A DNA stretch of 64,000 bases from a virus (Duplodnaviria; Caudoviricetes): positions 5,918-69,917 of the IMG/VR virus record IMGVR_UViG_3300047160_002980. One strand, 5' to 3'. The notes beneath the pieces are model-generated. The model searched no databases. It was not told the DNA's origin and was given only the letters and a program-made list of their open reading frames with translations. This document shows, piece by piece, positions 42,256 to 50,657 of the stretch. Position 1 is the stretch's first letter, and the number at the start of each line of letters is the position of its first letter. The translations under genes and the position numbers were made by a program.

Positions 42256-44336
42256 CAGGCGGCTCTCCGTACCGGAGGGACAATAATCTCGCGCTTCGAC
42301 GCGCCGTTGCCAATAACACGCCCGCTCGCCGCGCCTGGAGGCGCTACAGCCACACGTTCTGGCGGGGCTACCCAGACCACCCTGTCCGGCGCTTCGCTCG
42401 TCACACGCCCCGGCGGCGCGTCCGGCACCGTGCCAGGAAGGCCATCGACCCACCCGGCGTCGTGAACCGACCCGCCGAAGACCAGGACGTCGCTCTCGTC
42501 GGTCGCCGCCAGGACGCCCGACCACTCGACCCGGCCATCAACTAATGCAGCGTCCGATTTATCGACAGCCCCCAGTACCCCGTTATCGACGACGTTCCCG
42601 ACCAGGACTGCATCGTCGATAAGATCAGTGGCAAGTAAGGAGCCTTGATTGACGACGGTACCTACAAGCGACGCCGCGTCGTGGAGGTCGGTCGCCGATA
42701 GCGTGCCGGTGATCACGCTGAGAACCGCACCGGTCAGTGCTGCCGCGTCGGCGTGATCCACTGCCGACAGCGTCCCGGCAACGCCAGTGACCGATCCCCC
42801 GACCGCTGCCGCGTCCGCCGGGTCGGTCGATGCCAGGACGCCGCCGACACCCGAGAGGACAGAGCCGGCGAGGGTCGCGGCATCGACCGAGTCCGTCGCC
42901 CCCAGCGACCCGGTGATGACCGAGAAGACGTTCCCGGCCAGAGACGCGCTATCAATGTGATCGGTCGCGACCAACGTGGTGGACCACGCAACGCCGCCTG
43001 ACAGCACGGCGTTGTCCGGCGCTTCGGTCGCGGCCATCGTCCCGAGCCACGCCACGGTCCCAGGTAGGGACGCGGTGTCGTGCGGGTCCGTCGCACCCAG
43101 ACTACCGAGCCACTGGACGGTGCCGGGGAGCGCCGCTGTATCGACGGGATCGGTTGCGGCCAGGGAGCCAGTCGAGATCGGGACCAGATTACCGGCGATG
43201 CTCGACGCATCGACCGGGTCGGTCGCGGCGAGCGGACCTTGGGTAACCAAAGCGGCGACGGTCCCCGCTATCGCCATTGTGTCAACAGTGTCAGTGGCGG
43301 CGAAGGGGCCAAACAGGTCGGCGGTACCAGCGACGGCAGCCGTGTCGAGCGGGTCGGTCGCCCCCAGGGTCCCCAACCACTGGACCGTCCCGGTGACGCT
43401 CGACACGTCGAGAGGATCAGTCGCGCCTAGCGTACCTGGGATCGCCGGCCATGCGACCGTGCCGGCTATCGACGACGCGTCGATGGGGTCGGTACTGGAG
43501 AAGGGACCGATAAGACCAGCGGTCCCGGAGATCGCCGAGACGTCAATCGGGTCGGTTGAAGCGAAGGGACCGAAGACGTTGCTCTGACCGGTGATCGACG
43601 CCGTGTCGAGCGGGTCGGTCGCCCCCATCGTGCCGGAGACCGTGTTCTGGTAGTTCGCCGTCGTGACCGACGCGGCGGACTGATAGAACAGGACGTTGCA
43701 GGTGTTCGACCCGCCAGCGGTCGTGACGATCCATTCGACTTCGATAAAAAGATATTCGGCGTTGAGCGTGATCGCCGGGGCCGACCAGCTATAGGTGCTG
43801 GTGTAGGTCGTGGTCGTCGTCGCCAGCGAGACCGTCGATGCCTGGGTCGCGCCCGAGGTCAGTTCGCGCGGACTGCTGCCATTGACGTTGGCGCTGGCCC
43901 AGACCCGGAACCGCACCGCGCCCGCCTGTGACGACGAGGTCGTGCAGCGCATCCCGAAGTTGAAGGTCCAGGTCCCGGCGACAAACGCGCCGGTATAGGC
44001 CGTGGCGGTGCTGAAGAAATCGCCCGCCGTGGTCGCGCCGCTGCCGGTCCCGGTAATCGGCCCGGTTGATGAAGCAAGGCCCGAGGACGCCGCCGAAGCC
44101 GACGATGTCGCGGTCGCGCCGATATAGCCGCGCCAGTACGGGGTCGCTGTCGAGGTCTTGCCGACGCCCCAGCCAAACGCGCTGTTTGCGGCGGTCGGGG
44201 CGGTCCCGCCATCCTGTATCGACCCGGCCCAGGCGGGCGACGCGGCTGTGGTGTTGAGGAGGTAAAGGGTCTTCGGAGCCGCCGCCAGCGGCTGGGGATC
44301 GGGCGGCAGGCCGTCGAACATAGCGTCTAGACTCAA
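42255..44336 (-). CDS. repeat fibre/appendage protein: N-terminal beta domain plus 18 G-x-L-x-ATDxxD repeats
   Basis: Repeats counted in the translation; C-terminal RVxVxxxxR motifs. Confidence 0.8.
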   Translation of the reverse strand: MSLDAMFDGLPPDPQPLAAAPKTLYLLNTTAASPAWAGSIQDGGTAPTAANSAFGWGVGKTSTATPYWRGYIGATATSSASAASSGLASSTGPITGTGSGATTAGDFFSTATAYTGAFVAGTWTFNFGMRCTTSSSQAGAVRFRVWASANVNGSSPRELTSGATQASTVSLATTTTTYTSTYSWSAPAITLNAEYLFIEVEWIVTTAGGSNTCNVLFYQSAASVTTANYQNTVSGTMGATDPLDTASITGQSNVFGPFASTDPIDVSAISGTAGLIGPFSSTDPIDASSIAGTVAWPAIPGTLGATDPLDVSSVTGTVQWLGTLGATDPLDTAAVAGTADLFGPFAATDTVDTMAIAGTVAALVTQGPLAATDPVDASSIAGNLVPISTGSLAATDPVDTAALPGTVQWLGSLGATDPHDTASLPGTVAWLGTMAATEAPDNAVLSGGVAWSTTLVATDHIDSASLAGNVFSVITGSLGATDSVDAATLAGSVLSGVGGVLASTDPADAAAVGGSVTGVAGTLSAVDHADAAALTGAVLSVITGTLSATDLHDAASLVGTVVNQGSLLATDLIDDAVLVGNVVDNGVLGAVDKSDAALVDGRVEWSGVLAATDESDVLVFGGSVHDAGWVDGLPGTVPDAPPGRVTSEAPDRVVWVAPPERVAVAPPGAASGRVIGNGASKREIIVPPVRRAA

Positions 44337-44743
44337 CCGTGAGTTATTGTCCCGCTAGTAATTGTAACAGTCTGGCCCGAGGTAATCGACGTGCTGTTCA
44401 AGTTAATATCGCTGCCGCTGGTTCCCACGGTCAGACCGCTGATAACCGTCGTTCCGGCGTTATTGCGAAACTCAGCCAAGGCGGCGGTCCCTGTCGCAGA
44501 AGCGACCGCAGAGAGCGGCACTCCTTGCAGTGTCATAACCGCGCCGGCAACGGTAAAAGCCGTGGCGGCGAGCGCGATGGTCGCCAGCACGCCGGTCGCA
44601 CCCGCCAGCGCCGCCGTGCCGATGACAAGCTGACCGGCGGTCGCGGTGCCGGTCGCCGCCGCTGGTGTTCTGCTCGCGATAACATCGGCCGCGACTTGCA
44701 TACGAGGGGTCTTTACGGTCGCGGTGACGTAGGTGACGGTCAT
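44333..44743 (-). CDS. small beta-strand structural protein (paralog of 22601..22975)
   Basis: GGAGGGGAG RBS; GTAALAEFRNNAGTTVISGLTVGT…TSGTITHG. Confidence 0.8.
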   Translation of the reverse strand: MTVTYVTATVKTPRMQVAADVIASRTPAAATGTATAGQLVIGTAALAGATGVLATIALAATAFTVAGAVMTLQGVPLSAVASATGTAALAEFRNNAGTTVISGLTVGTSGSDINLNSTSITSGQTVTITSGTITHG

Positions 44744-44883
44744 GGCTCCCCCTCCGGTTCTAACTCGTCGTGGGGGTCGATGACGTCGAGGACCCCGACA
44801 ATCGGCGGCAAGAGCGTCCCGCAATCGGGGTCATGCTGTTCGGTCGTGCCGCTACAATAGGGACACGCCGTGTCCCCCGTCAT
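44740..44883 (-). CDS. 47-aa peptide with CPYC…H…C motif
   Basis: ATGA overlaps at both ends; not in the ORF track. Confidence 0.5.
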   Translation of the reverse strand: MTGDTACPYCSGTTEQHDPDCGTLLPPIVGVLDVIDPHDELEPEGEP

Positions 44884-45485
44884 CGCTTCCCCCGGTCGCG
44901 CGGCGCGACACCGTGCGGTCTCCAGAACTGTTCGTTCTGGCGCTGGATTTCGGAAATGGTCAGCGAAGGATTTGCCAGTTCGGCGCGCGGCGAGGCTTGC
45001 ATCGCTTGGTCGCTGCGGTCCCCCCAGACCTGGACGTTCGGCTGACCGAAGACCCCGAAAGGATTGATGCCACCGGTAACCGACCCGTAGGTCGAACGCC
45101 GCGCCGGCTGATCGGCGGAACTGGGCGGCGTCGAAGCGTCCGGGTGCAGCTGCGGATGCTCCAGTCCCTGTTCCGCCGGGGAGGGGTCGGGCGGCATCAC
45201 CAGCGGCGGCTCCGGGGCCTGATCACCGCGATGCCACGGCTCTGTCGCTTCCTGGGCAGCCAGGGCCTGTAGTTGCGGATGCTCCGGGCTAAGCTCGTGC
45301 GGCGACTGGTCGCCGGACGGCTCAGCCATATCGGCGCAGTCTTCCTCGCGCGTTTCGGGCATGTCGTGTACTCCCGTGATCGTCCCTTTGTTGGCGGATG
45401 CGTAGAAGACCTCCTCACCCTTTTCTTTGCCGTATTGCTCCTCCATCGCCGATTTGATCTCGGAGCCTTTTGCGGTGAGGGGCAT
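44880..45485 (-). CDS. phage protein with MPLTAKG…YG.EKGEEVFYAS.NKG N-terminus and low-complexity tail
   Basis: Recurrent N-terminal motif as recalled; GGAGG RBS. Confidence 0.7.
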   Translation of the reverse strand: MPLTAKGSEIKSAMEEQYGKEKGEEVFYASANKGTITGVHDMPETREEDCADMAEPSGDQSPHELSPEHPQLQALAAQEATEPWHRGDQAPEPPLVMPPDPSPAEQGLEHPQLHPDASTPPSSADQPARRSTYGSVTGGINPFGVFGQPNVQVWGDRSDQAMQASPRAELANPSLTISEIQRQNEQFWRPHGVAPRDRGKR

Positions 45486-45494
45486 CGGAACCTC

Positions 45495-45812
45495 CTAAAC
45501 CTTGGTCGCGCCCTGGGCCTTGAGATACGGGTGATCGACCATCGACGCCGGGACCTCGTCGATACCGGCTTTGAAATCGACCCCCTGATAGTCGTCGGTC
45601 GTCAGGGTGAACCCGTTCGGGATCATCATTTTGACCGTCCCTTCGCCGTGGGCTTTAGCCCAGGACGCGCCGGTTGCCCGCCCGCCGTCCGGCGAGCCGG
45701 GGAGCGGGAGGTCGGCGGTTTTCGCTTCAGCCGCGTCGCGGGTCTGTTCCTCATCCCGATGCGCCTGATGCTGCCGTGCGGTCTCGGTCGGAGACTGGGT
45801 CTGCGCCATCAA
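45495..45812 (-). CDS. head-region accessory protein (STY1053-like)
   Basis: FTLT.DD…FKAG..E.P…HPY; position after the MCP. Confidence 0.65.
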   Translation of the reverse strand: MMAQTQSPTETARQHQAHRDEEQTRDAAEAKTADLPLPGSPDGGRATGASWAKAHGEGTVKMMIPNGFTLTTDDYQGVDFKAGIDEVPASMVDHPYLKAQGATKV

Positions 45813-45821
45813 AACTCTCCT

Positions 45822-45977
45822 CTAATGAATGCCCTGCCCCTGAAGGAGCCACATCAGGATAACCAACGCGACCGCTAGCCAGCCGAAATGTGGACGCGGA
45901 AAAGGCCGCGTCCACGGCTGAATCGCCTCGATCAGAGACAGGACAAAAGCGAATACCAGGAGGATCAGACCAAGCAT
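45822..45977 (-). CDS. 51-aa two-TM membrane protein (holin candidate)
   Basis: GGGGAGGG RBS; MLGLILLVFAFVLSLIEAI…FGWLAVALVILMWLL; not in the ORF track. Confidence 0.6.
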   Translation of the reverse strand: MLGLILLVFAFVLSLIEAIQPWTRPFPRPHFGWLAVALVILMWLLQGQGIH

Positions 45978-45995
45978 GGCACCCTCCCCGACGGC

Positions 45996-47123
45996 TCAGA
46001 GACCGTCAAAGTAACCGATGGTCTCCCCGTAAGGGACCTCGATTTCGCCCAGCTTGGCGAAGTACGACGTTTTCTGCCAAATCGCGTCGTACTGAATCGG
46101 GGTCCGCTGGAGGAGCGTCATCGGGAACCGGACGTAGTTGACGTCCTTGGTGTAAACCACCATCCGGTCCACGGTCCCCGCCTGCCCGAGCGTGCCGCCG
46201 GCACCCGCGCCGTTGCACCACTTGCAGGGGAGGATTTCCAGACTGCCGACGCCGGACCTCGCGAGGAGATTATTTTCCTCGATAAAGCGGAGGATCGACG
46301 TCGTGCCAGCGGTGCTGACGAGGGTCGTCGCCAGGAAACCGTATTGCTGGGTCGGCAGGAGGATGCGCGACGGCACCACGGCCCAGGCCGACTGCTGCCA
46401 CACCTGATTAAGGGCGTAGTTGAAGTCGGCGAGGATTTCCGCCGCCGTCTTCGCGTTGAGCCCCATCCAGTGCGACGAGCCGGCAGCGCCGTTCGGGAGG
46501 TTGGTCGTGATCCCGACGCCCTGCACGCCAGAGGCTTGTAGCGGCATGTTGACCAGCCCCTTGGCTCCGACATCGGCGTCCCCGGCGTAGACCTGGGCGT
46601 CGATATCAAACTGCCATTTCAGTTTGATGCCGTCGTACTTCTGCTGGTCAATCGGGCGACCGAGGCGCAGAGAGCTTTCCAACTCAAAAATCGTATATTT
46701 GAGTTCCATCGCCCAGGCGCGCAGCGGCTTGACCAACAGACCCGTATCGACCGAGACGCCCGTGATCTGGTTGGCGTCCTTGCCGATCCAGGCTTTACCG
46801 CCAGCAATGTTCGACGGGGTCCCCATGCCGGACGGCATCCCATACGACAGCTGAGTAAAACTCGTGCCGTCGTCGGCAATGGTCACGTCCTGGCGAAGGT
46901 CAATATCCCGGCCCCAAGTAACCGCTGCCAGCGGCAAGTGCATTGTGGGGTCGAGGCGGATAAGTTCGCCGTGGAGAAACGCGCCTGTACTATCGTAATA
47001 CTTGCCGTCGTAGGCTTTATACGGTGTCGAGAAGCGTTTCCCGAGCGCATTTCCTACGGCGTCGTGCGTGCGCGGATCGCCGCCAGCGAGTCCGACGCGC
47101 GGAAAAATACCGTCAAGCGGCAT
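45996..47123 (-). CDS. major capsid protein (DUF2184)
   Basis: GAFLHGELIRLDP..HLPL..VTWGRDI…AWIGKDAN…GRPID.QK. Confidence 0.92.
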   Translation of the reverse strand: MPLDGIFPRVGLAGGDPRTHDAVGNALGKRFSTPYKAYDGKYYDSTGAFLHGELIRLDPTMHLPLAAVTWGRDIDLRQDVTIADDGTSFTQLSYGMPSGMGTPSNIAGGKAWIGKDANQITGVSVDTGLLVKPLRAWAMELKYTIFELESSLRLGRPIDQQKYDGIKLKWQFDIDAQVYAGDADVGAKGLVNMPLQASGVQGVGITTNLPNGAAGSSHWMGLNAKTAAEILADFNYALNQVWQQSAWAVVPSRILLPTQQYGFLATTLVSTAGTTSILRFIEENNLLARSGVGSLEILPCKWCNGAGAGGTLGQAGTVDRMVVYTKDVNYVRFPMTLLQRTPIQYDAIWQKTSYFAKLGEIEVPYGETIGYFDGL

Positions 47124-47137
47124 TGCCCCCTCCTGGG

Positions 47138-47659
47138 TTAGATGTTGAAAGCCAGTTCGGCGAGACCGTTCGCATCGACCCCGCTTGAGAACGTCGTCTT
47201 GGTCGAGCCGATAGCGATGGTATTGCCCGCCGAGGCAGCAGATTCAAACCCGCCCTGGAGATGCGGCGCGGCGGTCGGCGCGGCCCAGCAGTAGACCGGC
47301 GCGCCAATGTTCGGGGTCCCGTTAACCGGCACCATGATATAGCCCGAGCGCAAGATCGACATTGGCTGCGGCGGCGAGGGAATCGCCTGGGACGCTCCCA
47401 GCGGCTGCTGGCCGTAAGGACCCTGCGCCGTTCCCATCTGTTCCGGGTAGGGCCGGGCGGCGATCCCGAAGACGTCGGTGTCGGTATTGTCGCCGATCAC
47501 CAGTTGCCGGACAGCGCCGGTCGTCGGGTCGATCTTGACCGCCAGCCCGTAGGAGAGCGGCGGGTTCGACGCGAGGGCGGCTTTACTCTCGGCCTGGAAC
47601 ATGTGCCGGGTGATCTCCCCGGCGACCCCAAACGGGGGCCTGTAAGCATATGCGACCAT
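47138..47659 (-). CDS. capsid decoration/cement protein
   Basis: AY.YR.PFGVAGEITR…YGLAVK…GIAARPYP…ILRSGYI; position before the MCP. Confidence 0.85.
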   Translation of the reverse strand: MVAYAYRPPFGVAGEITRHMFQAESKAALASNPPLSYGLAVKIDPTTGAVRQLVIGDNTDTDVFGIAARPYPEQMGTAQGPYGQQPLGASQAIPSPPQPMSILRSGYIMVPVNGTPNIGAPVYCWAAPTAAPHLQGGFESAASAGNTIAIGSTKTTFSSGVDANGLAELAFNI

Positions 47660-47680
47660 GGGTCAGTCCTCCTTCTGGGG

Positions 47681-48622
47681 TTAGTGTTGACGCCGGTCTT
47701 TCCAGAAATCGTTCTGGGCGTCCTGGATCGTTTGCAGCGTCATCGTCCCGACCGGGTGCGACGCCCCGTCGGCGACCGGCGGCGCGCCGGTCCTGCGGTT
47801 CATCGCGGCGTTCTCGCGCGCCTTGGTTGCCCCGGCGGCGATAAACAGGTCGCGGATTTGCGAGCAATCGAGGGTCTTGACGTCGCCGGTAAAGTGACCG
47901 CCGGTCAGGTCCTCAATCAGGGTACGGGTCTCAGGATTAGTCCAGGCGAGGTCGATAACCTTGGACCGGAACCCGCACAGCGCGTCGAAGGTCTTCTTTG
48001 GCGGCGAGGCGCTATCGAAGGTCGGGAGCGCAATCCCCGGCACCAGGACCTCCGCGTAAGCACAGGTCTGCTGGTAGCTGTCCGACATGAAGGCGCTGTC
48101 GCGCGCTTTCTTGTTAGCGTCGGCAGTCCCCGGCGGGGCTTCCATTTCGAAGCCGGGAATGATCCGCCGGTTGCCGTCGCCACCCGCCTCGGGCGGATCG
48201 CGGAAAGCGTCGCCGTTCTTCTTTTCCTTGTCCTCGTCGTCCTTGTCCTCGTCGCGACCGCCAGCGCGCTTGTCACCGGTCTTGTCGTCGTCGTCCTTCT
48301 TCTCCTCCTCGTCGAAGATACCCATCCGCTTGCGGCGGGCGCTCCTGGCGATAAAGGCATCGCGTGACCGGCCCTTACCGTTCAGGGCCTGCCAAAGCTC
48401 CTCAAGCTCGGCGTCGTGCGCCTTCAGGGCGTTGTCCACCGGCATCGGCATACCGGAGGGGATTTGGTCCCCTGGCACGGCCCCGTTGCCGTTCCCTCCA
48501 ACATGGAGATGGAGTTCGGCGTTCTCCGGGAGTTCGTTGATTGCGTTCTCCAGTTCGCCTTCATCACGCGCTTGAAAGGCGCGGCGAATCCGGTCGCGCC
48601 ATGTGCCGTTTGCCTGCGCCAT
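47681..48622 (-). CDS. capsid scaffold protein
   Basis: GAGGAGGAG RBS; WRDRIRRAF..RD; AEVLVPGI…DS. Confidence 0.8.
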   Translation of the reverse strand: MAQANGTWRDRIRRAFQARDEGELENAINELPENAELHLHVGGNGNGAVPGDQIPSGMPMPVDNALKAHDAELEELWQALNGKGRSRDAFIARSARRKRMGIFDEEEKKDDDDKTGDKRAGGRDEDKDDEDKEKKNGDAFRDPPEAGGDGNRRIIPGFEMEAPPGTADANKKARDSAFMSDSYQQTCAYAEVLVPGIALPTFDSASPPKKTFDALCGFRSKVIDLAWTNPETRTLIEDLTGGHFTGDVKTLDCSQIRDLFIAAGATKARENAAMNRRTGAPPVADGASHPVGTMTLQTIQDAQNDFWKDRRQH

Positions 48623-48646
48623 CGCTACTCTCCTCCTCCTCAAGAA

Positions 48647-48889
48647 TCAGTTGGCTTGCAGCTTGCTGCGGACGTCCTCGCACCGCTCGGTGACGGCAAT
48701 GAACCCCCCGTTGCCCATCACCAGGATACAGTGGGTGCCCTTGCCCCACTGATGCCCGCCAATATCCACCGGCTGGCGCACGCTGCTGACCTGGGACGGG
48801 TTGATTTCGATCCGCTGCCCGTTGGGCGAGTGCAGCTCGACCAGCGAGATACCGGCGATCAGCGCCGCCCTAGCGAAACAGCGCCCCAT
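48647..48889 (-). CDS. FlbD-like small protein
   Basis: LVEL…NG..IEINP.QV…IL.M.NG..I.V.E..EDV..KL. Confidence 0.55.
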   Translation of the reverse strand: MGRCFARAALIAGISLVELHSPNGQRIEINPSQVSSVRQPVDIGGHQWGKGTHCILVMGNGGFIAVTERCEDVRSKLQAN

Positions 48890-49478
48890 GGATCAGGACT
48901 TTTGGGGGTTTCCGCAGGACTTTGGCGGACTTTCCAGGGCTATCGCCAATCGAGCATCGAAACCCGCACCGGCCCTGATCGACCAGGGCGACATGATTGA
49001 TCCTGATGTTGGTCTGCCGCCCGCGACCCGGCCCCAGGCTCTCGTAATCCGCGTCGTAGCCGCAGGAAATCTGGTTCTTGCCGTTCTGAATATCCCGGAT
49101 GGCGCTCTGGTCGTAGATGATCAGGTCGGCGATCAACAGGTCCGGCTCGACGTCGCTCTGCCGGGGATTGGTGCAGGACCCGACCGCCAGCTGCCGCCAG
49201 TTATCTGGGGTAATGTCGATCCGCCCGCCCCAGGAATCGGACGGGTGATCGTTGCACACCGGCTTGCCCCAGATCGCGTTGATGGCGTCGGGCGAGAAGA
49301 CCTCCTCCGGGTCGCGGTCGATCTGGACATAATCGCCGGTTATCGGGGTCTCGCCCGGCCCATAAGCCTGGGTCCCGGTACGGGCAATCGGCACGCCGAC
49401 GCAGCGCATAAATCCCTCCTGGGTAAAGCTCCGACAGGAACCGCCAGGAAGCGGCTGAGCAAAGTCGATCCATTTCAT
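48870..49478 (-). CDS. DUF2213 prohead protease-like domain
   Basis: VPIARTGTQ.Y…R.PEEVFS…HP…ISCGYDA…NHVALV.QGRCG.RCSIGD. Confidence 0.88.
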   Translation of the reverse strand: MKWIDFAQPLPGGSCRSFTQEGFMRCVGVPIARTGTQAYGPGETPITGDYVQIDRDPEEVFSPDAINAIWGKPVCNDHPSDSWGGRIDITPDNWRQLAVGSCTNPRQSDVEPDLLIADLIIYDQSAIRDIQNGKNQISCGYDADYESLGPGRGRQTNIRINHVALVDQGRCGFRCSIGDSPGKSAKVLRKPPKVLIHGALFR

Positions 49479-49523
49479 CGCCCGACACTCCGTCGCTCGC
49501 GCTACACGCCCGCCCGCTGCGCG

Positions 49524-50657
49524 CTACTGCCGGGTCAGCCGTAAGCGGTCGAACTGCGCCGACAGGTCGTCGTAGAGTCGCCGCGTGACCGCCAGAAGCT
49601 CGTCTAGCCGGTTAACCTCCTCCACGTCACCGCGCCGGGCGGCGGCATGAATATCCTGCTGAAGCTGAGCCACCGCCTCGCGCGCCTCGGCGAGGCGGGC
49701 GGCTAATCGTGGGTTCGCCATCCGCGCGCGATGAACTGCCGCGCTTCGTCCGCCGCCCCCGGCTTCCACCGCCTCAAGATAGGCGAGGGAGCGCGGCGTC
49801 GCGCCTTCCTTGACCTCCTCGCCAGGAAGAACCGGTTCTGGATAGCAGCGGCAATTCGGCCCAGCGCCCGCATGATAGACCATCTCCTTTTGGCCCGGCT
49901 CCGAAGCGACCGGCGGCTCGGTCCATTTGTGGTAGGTCCCCTCCAGCCTCTTGTGCTTGGGCCGGACGTCGGCGTCCATCGCCGTCCGCCAGATATACCC
50001 CTCCGACCCCAGATGTTCGGCGCGAACTTTGGTGAAGTTGGTCGCGGCGCGACTGGTCTCGGTCCTGGCGATCAGATTGGCGCGCGAGATCGTGACCTCG
50101 CCGGTCGCCAGGATATCGGATACGAGGTCTTCCCAACGGCGACCGCCGAGCATGAAGTCGCCTGACAGTTGATGCACCCGGTTCGCCGCCACGGTCGGAA
50201 TGCTCCTGATCAGTCCGACCTGTTCCGCCATCAGTTGATGGTAGGCCGAGCCGATAGGTGCGCTTTCGATCTCCTTGCGGAGCGCCCGCCCCATGCGCTG
50301 GCCGTGCCGGTGCCACGCCAGGGCGTCACGGCGCATAACGTCGGTTAACATCGCCTGCGCCATGGCTTCGGCCCAGGGTCCCAGAAGCCGCTCGTAATCC
50401 GCCAGGGCGCGGGTCACTGCCGCGATGGTGTCCGGGTCGTCGGGATTAAAGATGCCCCGGACGATATCGCCGACATGTTGCGCCAGCCGGCGCAGCCGCC
50501 GGGCGTATTCCCGCTCTGCAATCCGCGCTCTGGCAAATCGGCCCCGCTCCTCACGCGCCTCGCGCCGGGCATCGACACTGGGCCACCAGTTGAATCGGCT
50601 CTGCCGGCTCGGGTCGATCCCGATAAAGACGTTCGACTGTGGCGTTGTCGCCGGCAC
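49524..50657 (-). CDS. minor head morphogenesis protein (SPP1 gp7 / Mu gpF family)
   Basis: LIARTETSRA…YIWRTAMDADVRPKH…G…NCRC. Confidence 0.9.
   Translation of the reverse strand: MPATTPQSNVFIGIDPSRQSRFNWWPSVDARREAREERGRFARARIAEREYARRLRRLAQHVGDIVRGIFNPDDPDTIAAVTRALADYERLLGPWAEAMAQAMLTDVMRRDALAWHRHGQRMGRALRKEIESAPIGSAYHQLMAEQVGLIRSIPTVAANRVHQLSGDFMLGGRRWEDLVSDILATGEVTISRANLIARTETSRAATNFTKVRAEHLGSEGYIWRTAMDADVRPKHKRLEGTYHKWTEPPVASEPGQKEMVYHAGAGPNCRCYPEPVLPGEEVKEGATPRSLAYLEAVEAGGGGRSAAVHRARMANPRLAARLAEAREAVAQLQQDIHAAARRGDVEEVNRLDELLAVTRRLYDDLSAQFDRLRLTRQ

Noticed and set aside
42255-44336. Regular GGGTCGGTCGC-like DNA repeats suggesting a CRISPR array or tandem repeat
   Set aside because: They are degenerate, in frame, and encode the ATDxxD protein repeats; there are no constant repeats with unique spacers and no cas genes
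45996-47123. DUF2184 as a bacterial encapsulin/linocin
   Set aside because: It lies in a complete head module with scaffold, protease and decoration genes, so it is the major capsid protein
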